Positions 16,289 through 25,545 of a DNA stretch of 39,721 bases are shown in pieces. The notes below the pieces were generated by a model. The model was given only the letters and a program-made list of their open reading frames with translations, did no database searches and had not been told where the DNA came from. The DNA comes from an uncultured Dehalococcoidales bacterium (lineage in GTDB: Bacteria > Chloroflexota > Dehalococcoidia > GIF9 > AB-539-J10): NCBI GenBank assembly GCA_964429285.1, contig CAYSBO010000004.1:1-39721 (forward strand). Reading direction: 5' to 3'. The translations under genes were made by a program, and so were the position numbers. The first letter of the stretch is position 1, and the number at the start of each line of letters is the position of its first letter.

Positions 16289-17776
16289 CTAGCTACTACC
16301 CTGATCGTACAGTTTTGTTGGCGCCCTCACTACTATTTTGGTTCCCTTTCCCATTTGGGAGCTGACTTGGAGTTCACCACCTATCAACCTCACCCGTTCT
16401 GCCATACCGGCCAGCCCCAACTTTCCCTGACCGGCAAAATCGCTTAGCTGCTGGGGCAGCTCGAAACCCTTGCCGTTATCGCTAATAGTGATGACGAGTT
16501 CGTCGTCTTGGCACTCCATAGTGACGGTGGCTTCAGATGCTCCGGAATGCCGCTGCACATTGTTTAGAGCCTCTTGAGCAATGCGGAATAAAACCAGTTG
16601 CGTTTCCGGGGCCAGTGAGGGCATGGCACCAATTGTAACCTTGACTTCGATACCTGCAATGTTTTCTACCTCCTGGGCCAGCCACTTGATGGCTGGATCG
16701 AGACCTAAGTCATCCAGGATGCCTGGCCTCAATGCCTGGGCATAACGCTTGATACCCTGGTATGTTTGTTTGGATACGTCATACAGTCTCTCGAACTCGT
16801 CTCTTAACTCTTGAGGCAAATAGCTGTCAGCTTTGGAGGCAAGATTGTCCACACCATGCGTCAGAAGCAATATCTGCTGAGAGGTGTCGTCGTGCAGCTC
16901 ACGGGCAAGGCGCTTACGCTCCTCTTCCTGAGCCTGGAGAACTTGCCTGCAATAGAATTGGAGATTGTCCTGCAATTTCCTTTCTTGGGTTATGTCGCGA
17001 GCCATATTTTGAAAAGTCTGAGGCTTGCCGTCACTGATAATAACACGTGTGGCTAGTTGCACTATTGCTTCAGAACCATCTTTCTTGGTTAACCGCTGCT
17101 CATAGCGGTGTTCCATATCTTCGCCTCTGAGTATCCCATCCCTCACTCTTCTTGCCACAGTCAGAGCCTCTGGGCTGAGAAAATCCCGCACATTCTTGCC
17201 GATTAACTCGGAAGCTGAATAGCCAGTGAGTTTCTCAGAAGCCTTGTTGGCTAGTGTAATACGGCCGTCTACATCATGGACCCAGATGGCATCGCTGGCG
17301 TTGGTAAATAACTCTTCATAGCTTCGTCGGGATGATTCCAGGTCCTTCCTGACCTTTTCGAATCCCTCTTGGCGCCGCTTGTTCTGATGGTAGGCTTCCA
17401 TAAGTGCAATGGCCAAAGCTCCAATGACAATGGAAGACAGGCTTTCCAGGAGTGCGTCATTGAAGTTGGGGGAAATCGAAAAGGTGCGAACCAACATTGC
17501 CGCAGCACTGGCTAGCCATAGCGCGGCACCGCCTATTATCCCCAGGGTCCAGCCAGAATATAGCACCAGGAGGAGATAGAGAAAACGCTCAAAACCGTGC
17601 CGTGAAAGACCTAGAGCCGGGGACAAAGAGTCCGACCCCCAGGGAGGTATTTGAGTCGGCAACTGGGTGAAGTGGGACAGCGTCAAAACTGCGAACAAGA
17701 TAATTGCAGCCCAGAGGTGGGGGTTGCTTAGTCTCGGGGTTTGTGTTCGGCATTTTCTAAAGTAACTAATCCCCAT
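16289..17776 (-). CDS. Sensor histidine kinase (N-terminal membrane domain, PAS, HisKA_3, HATPase_c), partner of a NarL-type regulator
   Basis: 495 aa. It has hydrophobic N-terminal segments, a PAS-like region (FTNASDAIWVHDVDGRITLANKASEKLTGY), the H-box RELHDDTSQQI, and an ATPase G-boxes region (DNGKGF...GLAGMAERV). The annotated start overlaps the regulator gene by 49 nt and there is no in-frame ATG nearby, so the start is uncertain. Confidence 0.82.
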   Translation of the reverse strand: MGISYFRKCRTQTPRLSNPHLWAAIILFAVLTLSHFTQLPTQIPPWGSDSLSPALGLSRHGFERFLYLLLVLYSGWTLGIIGGAALWLASAAAMLVRTFSISPNFNDALLESLSSIVIGALAIALMEAYHQNKRRQEGFEKVRKDLESSRRSYEELFTNASDAIWVHDVDGRITLANKASEKLTGYSASELIGKNVRDFLSPEALTVARRVRDGILRGEDMEHRYEQRLTKKDGSEAIVQLATRVIISDGKPQTFQNMARDITQERKLQDNLQFYCRQVLQAQEEERKRLARELHDDTSQQILLLTHGVDNLASKADSYLPQELRDEFERLYDVSKQTYQGIKRYAQALRPGILDDLGLDPAIKWLAQEVENIAGIEVKVTIGAMPSLAPETQLVLFRIAQEALNNVQRHSGASEATVTMECQDDELVITISDNGKGFELPQQLSDFAGQGKLGLAGMAERVRLIGGELQVSSQMGKGTKIVVRAPTKLYDQGSS

Positions 17777-18411
17777 TGTAATCCCTTGACTATGGCTTCG
17801 CTGCGTGAGGCAACATTCAATTTATTGAAAACACTGGTCAGGTGAGCTTTGACGGTGCGCTGGCTCAGAAACAATTCTTCTGCCACTTCTTTATTGCTCA
17901 TCCCCAGTGCAACCAGTCTGAGCACCTCTGCCTCTCGTTCACTCAGCAATCCTGGGGCGCTATTGTCCTTGACTGGTGTCACTGTGGCCCGCTTCAGCAA
18001 CCTGGCAATGATATTGGGGTGGAGTACCGACTCACCTGCCTTTATGGCTCTAATAGCGCCGACCAAGTCGCGCCCCCTGGCGCTCTTCAGTAAGTACCCC
18101 GCAGCTCCAGCGTCAAGCAGTCCCAGCACATACTCTTCATCATCGTAGGCGGTGAGAATAAGGATGGCTGTGTCAGGAGCAACCTCTTTAATCTTTCTGG
18201 TTGCTTCGATTCCGTTGACCTTGGGCATGACAATGTCCATTACTACCACATTAGGTTTTAGTTCTGAGGCGAGTTTCACTGCCTCTTCACCGTCGCTGGC
18301 CTCGCCCACGAGCTTCATGTCTTCCTCGACCTCCAGTGCTCGGTGTAAAGCTTCGCGCACCAAAGGATGGTCGTCGGCAATCAGGACGGTCAGTTGATCT
18401 TTGTTTGTCAA
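17728..18411 (-). CDS. Two-component response regulator, NarL/FixJ (LuxR-type HTH) family
   Basis: 227 aa. The receiver domain shows VLIADDHPLVREAL, VVVMDIVMP and LTAYDD. The C-terminal HTH shows LSEREAEVLRLVALGMSNKEVAEELFLSQRTVKAHL. It uses a TTG start in the ORF track. Confidence 0.9.
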   Translation of the reverse strand: MTNKDQLTVLIADDHPLVREALHRALEVEEDMKLVGEASDGEEAVKLASELKPNVVVMDIVMPKVNGIEATRKIKEVAPDTAILILTAYDDEEYVLGLLDAGAAGYLLKSARGRDLVGAIRAIKAGESVLHPNIIARLLKRATVTPVKDNSAPGLLSEREAEVLRLVALGMSNKEVAEELFLSQRTVKAHLTSVFNKLNVASRSEAIVKGLQWGLVTLENAEHKPRD

Positions 18412-18580
18412 TTTCCCAGATTTCTGAAGCCATTATAAGACCTCTATGCCCTTTAGGGCAAGTTGGCTGTGTTTCAAAATATCACCAAAGTGCTAGGGCA
18501 GATTGCAACCTAAGGACGATGGCAGGCAATTGGGGGGTTGCTAGAATTACACTGCAATGAAGTCAAAAGGAGAGACGGCA

Positions 18581-18865
18581 ATGGGAAAAAGTTATCCAGT
18601 AACCAGAGAGAATGTTGATGTGCGTGAGGTAGAGGGGAGAACAGAGCTGCTCGGTGTCTTGAAGAGAGCGGCGAGCGAATCGGAGTTTCTGGCCCGATTA
18701 GCGGACGACCCGCACGAAGCTCTCAAGGAGTACTACTCTTTGACCAGCGAAGAAAGAGCGGCATTGGCGAGCGGCGACATCAAGACGATAGAGTCCTGGG
18801 TGGGCAAGCTAGACACAGAGCTGGCTACCTGGCTATGGTGTCGCTTGTCACAAGAAAAATACTGA
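18581..18865 (+). CDS. Small helical protein of unknown function, homologous to the C-terminal tail of FdhA-2 (24079-24297)
   Basis: The ORF track starts at 18557. ATG 18581 has AAGGAG upstream and gives 94 aa. The C-terminal 59 columns align by hand with the last residues of the 987-aa FdhA, with 39 identical positions. It is the first gene of the nuoE-nuoF-fdhA operon. Confidence 0.6.
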   Translation: MGKSYPVTRENVDVREVEGRTELLGVLKRAASESEFLARLADDPHEALKEYYSLTSEERAALASGDIKTIESWVGKLDTELATWLWCRLSQEKY

Positions 18866-18881
18866 TTAGCGAGGCACAGAA

Positions 18882-19394
18882 ATGGTGAATCCTACAACAG
18901 CGCAAGACACTCAGGTGCTCTCAGAGGACAAAGAGAAGGCAAATGAGAAGCGCCTGGATGAGATTCTATCGACCTATCAGGGTGAGAGAGAGGAGCTTAT
19001 TCCTATCCTGCAACAGGTCCAGCAGGCTTTTGGTTATCTGCCAGAGGCAGTGATGAAGAAGATAGCCAAATTCCTTCGGTTGCCGGAAAGCACCGTCTTT
19101 GGGGTGGGGACATTCTATGCCCAGTTCAAACTCGTCCCTTCAGGACGGAATATCATCAGGGTTTGTCGGGGTACTGCCTGTCATGTGCGCGGTAGTGGAC
19201 AAATCCTCGGCGAAATAGAGAAACAGTTGGGCATTACTGCCGGTGAGACTACACCGGATCTGGAATACTCGTTAGAGACGATAGCCTGCTTTGGTTCTTG
19301 TGCATTGGCACCAGTTGTGGTTACTAACAACAAGGTGTATGGGAGGATGGCGACGACAAAGGTGGAGGAGATATTGAAAAAGGAGACGCAGTGA
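18882..19394 (+). CDS. NuoE/HydC-like [2Fe-2S] subunit (copy 2)
   Basis: 170 aa. It has CRGTACHVRGS ... CFGSCALAP. The stop overlaps the next gene's GTG start. Confidence 0.87.
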   Translation: MVNPTTAQDTQVLSEDKEKANEKRLDEILSTYQGEREELIPILQQVQQAFGYLPEAVMKKIAKFLRLPESTVFGVGTFYAQFKLVPSGRNIIRVCRGTACHVRGSGQILGEIEKQLGITAGETTPDLEYSLETIACFGSCALAPVVVTNNKVYGRMATTKVEEILKKETQ

Positions 19395-21304
19395 ATTTCG
19401 AAGAAATCAGAAGTCAAGCTATACGGCAATGGAACGCCATGCAGCAGAGCGAAAACGTCCGTATTCTAATCGGTATGGGTACTTGCGGGCGAGCAGCTGG
19501 TGCCGAGGATATACTCGAAGTTCTTAACCAAGAGTTGAACCAGGAGAATATTCGAGCTGATATTCTTCCAGTCGGATGTATTGGTCTTTGTTATGCTGAG
19601 CCCTTGATCGAAGTAATCAAACCGGGTATGCCTAGTGTCTTTTATGGCAACTTGACCCCGGAGACAATACCCGAGATAGTCAAGGACTACCTGGTTGACG
19701 GCAATCCTCGTCCTGACCTAGCCCTGGGCATTCGCGGCGAAGGGGAACTGGTGGGTATTCCCAATCTCTTTGACCTGCCTGTGCTCAAGCCTCAAGTGCG
19801 CATCTCCTTGCGCAATTGTGGAAATATCGACCCTGAGAATATGGACCATTATGTTGCTAATGGTGGATATGAAGGTCTGGCCAGGGCATTGAGAATGAAA
19901 CCCCAGGAAGTGATAGACGAGATAAAGAAATCGGGGCTGAGAGGTCGTGGTGGGGCCGGGTTTCCCACCGGGGTTAAATGGCAGTTCTGCCACGATGCAC
20001 CCGGTGATCTAAAATATGTGATATGTAATGCTGATGAGGGTGATCCCGGGGCGTTCATGGATCGAGCGCTTCTGGAAGGGGATCCGCATGCTGTGATGGA
20101 AGGAATACTCATTGGGGCTTATGCTATCGGTGCGACCGAAGGCTACATCTATATCCGAGCCGAATACCCGTTGGCCATCCAGAGGCTACGTGCTGCTATT
20201 GAACAAATGGAACAATATGGCTTGATAGGTGAAGATATTATGGGTTCGGGCTTTGGCTTCCATATCAAAATAAAGGAAGGAGCTGGGGCTTTCGTATGTG
20301 GAGAGGAGACAGCTTTGCTGGCTTCTATCGAAGGTGGGCGTGGGATGCCCCGCTCGCGACCTCCGTTTCCTGCCCAGTCCGGCCTGTGGGGAAAACCAAC
20401 AAACATCAATAACGTGGAGACTTGGAGCAATGTCTCAGCTATTCTTGCTAAGGGTGCCGACTGGTATGCTGGCTTTGGCACTGAGAAGAGCAAGGGCACC
20501 AAGAACTTTTCCCTGGCAGGCAAAGTTGTTCGCACTGGGCTCATAGAGGTCCCAATGGGAATCAGCTTGAGGGAGATTGTGTATGATATAGGTGGGGGAA
20601 TTCCGGAAGGCAAAAGCCTGAAGGCAGTTCAAACTGGGGGACCATCAGGTGGTTTCATCCCCGAGAGCCTGATCGACCTGCCTGTTGACTACGAGTCCCT
20701 TGCCCAGGCAGGATCTATTATGGGCTCGGGTGGGATGGTGGTCGTTGATGAGGATACCTGCATGGTCGATATTACCAAGTTCTTCCTCACCTTCACCCAA
20801 GCTGAATCTTGTGGTAAGTGCGTACCCTGTCGTTGGGGCACCAAGCAGATGCTGGATATCCTGGTGGACATCACTGAAGGGAGAGGAAGGCCAGGAGATA
20901 TCGAGCTACTGCAAGAATTGGCGGAAGCGGTCAAAGATGATTCGTTGTGTGGTCTGGGCCAGACAGCTCCTAATCCAGTGCTTAGCAGCATTCGCTACTT
21001 TCGCGAGGAATATGAGAAGCACATATCGGAGAAATACTGCTCTGCGATGCAATGCCAAGCTCTAATATCTTACTATATACTTCCTGAGAAATGTCAGGGA
21101 TGTATGATTTGCGCTAGGAATTGCCCGGTCCAGGCTATTGAAGGTAACAAGCGAATGGTGCATGTTATCGACCAAGATAAGTGCATCAGGTGTGGGACCT
21201 GCTTAGATGTCTGCCCGCCCAAGTTCAACGCAGTGGTTAAGGTCAGCGGCACAGAAGGATTGGATGTTCCTGAGAAGCCTGTCCCAGTAGCCGCCGAGCC
21301 CTAG
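19391..21304 (+). CDS. NuoF/HydB-like FMN/NADH-binding Fe-S flavoprotein (copy 2) with canonical NADH-site motifs
   Basis: 637 aa with a GTG start. Motifs seen: GLRGRGGAGFPTGVKW, NADEGDPGAF, GAGAFVCGEETALL, RPPFPAQSGLWGKPT, NNVET, ESCGKCVPCR...SLCGLG, and C-terminal CQGCMICARNCP and CIRCGTCLDVCP. Confidence 0.9.
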   Translation: MNFEEIRSQAIRQWNAMQQSENVRILIGMGTCGRAAGAEDILEVLNQELNQENIRADILPVGCIGLCYAEPLIEVIKPGMPSVFYGNLTPETIPEIVKDYLVDGNPRPDLALGIRGEGELVGIPNLFDLPVLKPQVRISLRNCGNIDPENMDHYVANGGYEGLARALRMKPQEVIDEIKKSGLRGRGGAGFPTGVKWQFCHDAPGDLKYVICNADEGDPGAFMDRALLEGDPHAVMEGILIGAYAIGATEGYIYIRAEYPLAIQRLRAAIEQMEQYGLIGEDIMGSGFGFHIKIKEGAGAFVCGEETALLASIEGGRGMPRSRPPFPAQSGLWGKPTNINNVETWSNVSAILAKGADWYAGFGTEKSKGTKNFSLAGKVVRTGLIEVPMGISLREIVYDIGGGIPEGKSLKAVQTGGPSGGFIPESLIDLPVDYESLAQAGSIMGSGGMVVVDEDTCMVDITKFFLTFTQAESCGKCVPCRWGTKQMLDILVDITEGRGRPGDIELLQELAEAVKDDSLCGLGQTAPNPVLSSIRYFREEYEKHISEKYCSAMQCQALISYYILPEKCQGCMICARNCPVQAIEGNKRMVHVIDQDKCIRCGTCLDVCPPKFNAVVKVSGTEGLDVPEKPVPVAAEP

Positions 21305-21336
21305 GTATCGTATTAGCATGTAAGGAAGGTGCCAAG

Positions 21337-24300
21337 ATGTCTGTAACTGCTACAACCAAGATGGAAGAAAAGAGTACAACCACTATAAAGCTCACTATTA
21401 ACGGAGAGCAAGTTGAAGTAGAGAAGGGAGCTACCGTACTTGAAGCGGCACTTGGTGCCGGCATTTATATCCCGACACTGTGTTATGCCCCCGACCTTAA
21501 ACCTTATGGAGGTTGTCGCCTCTGTGTGGTTGAGATTGAAGGAATGCGGGGTCTGGTTAGTTCGTGTACTACGCCAGCAACAGACGGTATGGTGGTTCGC
21601 ACGGAAACAGAACGGGTCAATAGAGCACGTCGCATAACCATGGAGCTTATCATCGCCAATCACCATGGCGATTGTCTTACCTGTGCAAAAAACCAGAACT
21701 GTGAGCTGCTCAGGATTGCGCGATATTTGGGCATAGAACAGCCCGAAATTGACCGTTTGAGAAAAAGCACCGAAGTGCTTCCTATGGATGAGAGTCATCC
21801 GGCATTTCTCCGCGACCCAAACAAGTGCATTCTGTGTGGCCAGTGCGTACGTGCTTGCCATGAAATAGCTGTGGTCGGAGCCATTGACTTGGCTTTCCGA
21901 GGTAACTCAGCAAAAGTAGCCACCTTTGGTGATAAACCGATTGTTGAGTCCATCTGCAAGTCTTGTGGCGAATGTGTTGCCCGGTGTCCTACGGGAGCGT
22001 TGATCCCCAAATGGGAGAAACCACCTACCAAAGAGGTTCAAACCATTTGCCCCTACTGCGGAGTCGGTTGCTCTATCTATTTGGGTGTTCGTGACAACAA
22101 GATTGTTTCCGTGCGTGGGGATCCAGAGAGTCCGGCTAACAAGGGCAGTCTATGTGTCAAAGGACGCTGGGGATACGACTTCGTCGACCATCCCGAGAGG
22201 TTGACTACGCCACTGGTGCGAATCCCGGGCGTTGTCCGACAGGCAAGTCACAACGGAAAGGTGCAGGAAATCTTTCGCGAAGCCACCTGGGATGAGGCCC
22301 TTGAGCTGGTGGCAAACAAGCTAATTGAACTGAAGCAGAATTATGGAGCAGATAGTATTGCTGCCTTAAGTTCAGCCAAGTGCACAAATGAAGACAATTA
22401 CGTTATGCAAGAATTCGTTCGTGCTGTCATAGGAACCAACAATATTGACCATTGCGCCCGACTATGCCACGCCTCTACGGTGGTTGGAGGTATCGCCGCT
22501 TTTGGTCAAGGGGCGATGAGCAACTCTTATTCCGATTTTGAGAAGACCGAACTCTTCTTTGTCATCGGTTCTAATACTACGGAATGTCATCCCATTATTG
22601 GTGCAATGATCAAGAGGAGAGTCAAGTTCAACGGCGCTAAGCTTATTGTGGCTGATCCCCGCTCTACGGAACTTGGCGAATATGCCACTGCCAAGCTTGT
22701 TCACAAGCCGGGGACAGACGTTGCCCTCATCAATGGTCTGATGCACGTCATAATCAGGGACGGCCTTGAGAACAAGGAGTTCATCCAAGAACGCACTGAA
22801 GGTTTTGAGGATATGCGTCGGCTTGTGGAAAAGTTTACTCCTGAGGTAGTCGAGGCGATAACCGGGGTTCCAAAGGCTGATCTAGAGGCAGCTGCCCGCT
22901 TGTTCGGGGAGGCAAAAAGCGCCTGTATCCTCTATGGAATGGGGATAACCCAGCATACTACAGGCACAGACAATGTGAAAAGTGTGGCAAACCTGCTGCT
23001 GTTGACCGGGAATATAGGGAGGGAAGGCACGGGCTTTAGCCCCCTTCGGGGTCAGAACAACGTCCAGGGCGCTTGTGACCTGGGTGCATTACCTAATGTC
23101 TATCCCGGCTATCAAAAAGTTGATGATCCTGCTGTAAGAATGAAATTTGAAACTGCCTGGGACTGCAAATTGAGTAGCCAACCGGGGCTGACGGTTACCG
23201 AGATAGCCAATGCTATACTGAAGGAAGATATCAGAGGACTCTATGTTATGGGTGAGAACCCCATGCTAAGTGAACCTCACCTTGAACATACCCGGCATGC
23301 AATGGAAAAACTCGAGTTTCTGGTAGTTCAGGATATCTTTCTCTCCGAGACGGCCTGGTTAGCCGATGTGGTTCTGCCCGGTGCTGCGTTCGCAGAAAAG
23401 AACGGCACTTTCACCAATACTGAGAGGCGAGTTCAGAGAGTGAGGCAAGCGGTCGTGCCACCCGGGGAGGCGAAGCCTGACTGGGAGATCATCTGTGCTC
23501 TAGCAGACAAGATGGGGCATCCATTGCCTCATCAGAGCGCTGCCCAGATCATGGAAGAAATAGCCTCCCTGACTCCTATCTATGGCGGTATCCTTTTCGA
23601 CCGGCTAGACCAGGGTGGTCTGCAATGGCCCTGTCCTGATGCCTCGCACCCCGGAACTGTCTTCCTTTACCAGGACGGCTTCGCGCGGGGGCAAGGCAAA
23701 TTTCATGCCGTAGACCACATGCCACCGGCAGAAGCAATATCCAAAGGTTACCCGCTGGTGCTCACTACGGGGCGGGTGCTGGAGCACTGGCATACTGGCA
23801 CCATGAGTCGGCGCTCTAGTGTACTGAGTGAACTTAACCCTAATGGTGTAGTTGAGATGAGTCCCAGTGATGCGCTGAAGCTCGGGTTTATTGAGGGCGA
23901 TTCAATAGTACTTGCCTCAGAAAGAGGACGAGTGGAAGTGCCGTTACATATTACGGACGAATTGCCTCCTGGCGTTGTGTTCATGCCCTTTCACTGGCAC
24001 GAGGCAGCAGCAAATATCCTCACCAACGATGCTCTTGACCCGATCGCCAAGATTCCCGAGTTCAAAGTTGCGGCAGTTAACGCCGTGTTGGCGGTACTTG
24101 ATAGAGCTGCTCGTGATAATGCCTTTCTGGCTCGACTGGCGGAAAACCCTGCTGAGGCTCTGAAAGACTACGAACTGACAACGGAAGAAAAATCTGCCCT
24201 GATGAGCGGTGATATACGCAAGATAGAAGCATGGCTGGGTAAGCTAGATGAGCGCCTTAAGACCTGGCTTATGTTGCGGTTATCCCAGGAGAAATGGTAG
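21337..24300 (+). CDS. fdhA: Formate dehydrogenase alpha subunit (Cys type) with a NuoG-like N-terminal Fe-S domain and an extra C-terminal helical tail of about 73 aa
   Basis: 987 aa. The domains, in order:
- 2Fe-2S: TLCYAPDL..GGCRLCVVE..SSC.
- His-ligated cluster motif HHGDCLTCAKNQNC.
- CILCGQCVRAC and CKSCGECVARCP.
- MopB ICPYCGVGC.
- Active-site DHCARLCHAS, with Cys codon TGC at 22465-22467.
- RGQNNVQGACD.
The canonical end ...KIPEFKVAAV is followed by the tail. Confidence 0.9.
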   Translation: MSVTATTKMEEKSTTTIKLTINGEQVEVEKGATVLEAALGAGIYIPTLCYAPDLKPYGGCRLCVVEIEGMRGLVSSCTTPATDGMVVRTETERVNRARRITMELIIANHHGDCLTCAKNQNCELLRIARYLGIEQPEIDRLRKSTEVLPMDESHPAFLRDPNKCILCGQCVRACHEIAVVGAIDLAFRGNSAKVATFGDKPIVESICKSCGECVARCPTGALIPKWEKPPTKEVQTICPYCGVGCSIYLGVRDNKIVSVRGDPESPANKGSLCVKGRWGYDFVDHPERLTTPLVRIPGVVRQASHNGKVQEIFREATWDEALELVANKLIELKQNYGADSIAALSSAKCTNEDNYVMQEFVRAVIGTNNIDHCARLCHASTVVGGIAAFGQGAMSNSYSDFEKTELFFVIGSNTTECHPIIGAMIKRRVKFNGAKLIVADPRSTELGEYATAKLVHKPGTDVALINGLMHVIIRDGLENKEFIQERTEGFEDMRRLVEKFTPEVVEAITGVPKADLEAAARLFGEAKSACILYGMGITQHTTGTDNVKSVANLLLLTGNIGREGTGFSPLRGQNNVQGACDLGALPNVYPGYQKVDDPAVRMKFETAWDCKLSSQPGLTVTEIANAILKEDIRGLYVMGENPMLSEPHLEHTRHAMEKLEFLVVQDIFLSETAWLADVVLPGAAFAEKNGTFTNTERRVQRVRQAVVPPGEAKPDWEIICALADKMGHPLPHQSAAQIMEEIASLTPIYGGILFDRLDQGGLQWPCPDASHPGTVFLYQDGFARGQGKFHAVDHMPPAEAISKGYPLVLTTGRVLEHWHTGTMSRRSSVLSELNPNGVVEMSPSDALKLGFIEGDSIVLASERGRVEVPLHITDELPPGVVFMPFHWHEAAANILTNDALDPIAKIPEFKVAAVNAVLAVLDRAARDNAFLARLAENPAEALKDYELTTEEKSALMSGDIRKIEAWLGKLDERLKTWLMLRLSQEKW

Positions 24301-24337
24301 GTGATTGGTCAGGACAGGCCTTGAGAGCTAGCTGAAG

Positions 24338-24946
24338 CTAGTGGAGAAGCCCTGGCTTCTGGGCTACCAGTGCCCTTGCTTTCTCGAGATCATCTCGGCT
24401 ATTTACGTTGAAAAAACTCAGATGCTCGGGGTCGAATGTGTCTACCTCTTCCTTTCCAACATACTTCACCTTTACCGTGCTAAGGAGTCTACTAATCTTG
24501 AGTTCATTTTGCTCCAGCAATTCCTTGATGGGAGCTAGACAAATCTTGGAATACAGTGCGCACAGGGGTTCCAATTTGTCCCTTATCCGCGGAATGACAA
24601 CATCAAACGTAGAACTGACTTGGGTCATATAGTCGAGCAACCCGATGCTTAGAAATGGCATATCGCAGCCGACGACAATAGCGCGGGCGCTTGATGACGC
24701 TACCAGACCTGAGTAAATGCCCACCAGGGATCCCTTTCCAGGATGGATATCAGCTACTGTTTTTATGCGTACGGTTGAGGAGCAAGGGATTGCTTCGCCG
24801 TGTGCGGTCACTATGATGATTTCCCTGCTGAGAGTAGTAAGGCGGTCAGCCACCCACTGGATCAGACTCTTCCCCTGGATGACTTGAAGAGCCTTGTTCT
24901 GTCCAAGTCTTAGACTTTTGCCACCGGCGAGAATGATAGAAGTCAT
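24338..24946 (-). CDS. mobA: Molybdenum cofactor guanylyltransferase (MobA)
   Basis: 202 aa. The N-terminus is MTSIILAGGKSLRLGQNKAL, and a VVGCDMPF motif is present. It is convergent with the FDH operon, which needs a bis-MGD cofactor. Confidence 0.8.
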   Translation of the reverse strand: MTSIILAGGKSLRLGQNKALQVIQGKSLIQWVADRLTTLSREIIIVTAHGEAIPCSSTVRIKTVADIHPGKGSLVGIYSGLVASSSARAIVVGCDMPFLSIGLLDYMTQVSSTFDVVIPRIRDKLEPLCALYSKICLAPIKELLEQNELKISRLLSTVKVKYVGKEEVDTFDPEHLSFFNVNSRDDLEKARALVAQKPGLLH

Positions 24947-25010
24947 GTTCAGAGCACCAAAAAGTGGGCTACATTACCGCCCTGGACAGCACTGGACAAT
25001 GCGTTATTGC

Positions 25011-25039
25011 TTGCCTAATGTCTGTTTCTCTATTAGAAT
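25011..25039 (+). promoter_or_regulatory. Candidate sigma70-type promoter for the CBS/antiporter operon
   Basis: TTGCCT (25011-25016), 17 nt spacer, TAGAAT (25034-25039), about 45 nt upstream of ATG 25084. This rests on a pattern match only. Confidence 0.3.
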
Positions 25040-25083
25040 AGTGACGTAAGCATGTTGCGACTGTCTGGTGCAAGTTTCGCGCG

Positions 25084-25545
25084 ATGGAAGAATTATACAA
25101 GATAGAAGTAAGAAACGTAATGATACCCGTGGACGACACCCCCTTCATGGAAGAGAATGCGGGCTGCGCGGAATTCCTCAACAAGCTTTCCGTCAGGGCA
25201 CATGCCTGGGTGGTTAATAATGCTGTGGAAATGAAGGTTGTGGGGGTAGTAACGGAACATGATATGTTACATTCCATGATTCCTCCCAGGCAGAAGAAGG
25301 AAAGGATGTTTGGGACTCCTAGGACTGAGATATTTTGCCTGAAGGACAGCGTCGTCCGGGACATGATGACGCATAATCCCGTTGTATGCTCGGCGGAAGA
25401 AACCGTAGCTGACGCCTTGAAGAAGTTTTCCTCGTTCGACATCCGTAGATTGGCGGTTGTTGATGAGAAGGGAAGGCTTCTTGGGGAAATAACCATCCAG
25501 CGGTTGGCAAGACACCTCAGACACAAGTTCGCAAACACCGTATGA
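25084..25545 (+). CDS. CBS-domain pair protein
   Basis: 153 aa with two CBS-like repeats (VRNVMIP...VVGVVTEHDML and VRDMMTHNPVVC...RRLAVVDEKGRLLGEITIQRL). The stop overlaps the next gene's start by 4 nt. Confidence 0.8.
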   Translation: MEELYKIEVRNVMIPVDDTPFMEENAGCAEFLNKLSVRAHAWVVNNAVEMKVVGVVTEHDMLHSMIPPRQKKERMFGTPRTEIFCLKDSVVRDMMTHNPVVCSAEETVADALKKFSSFDIRRLAVVDEKGRLLGEITIQRLARHLRHKFANTV

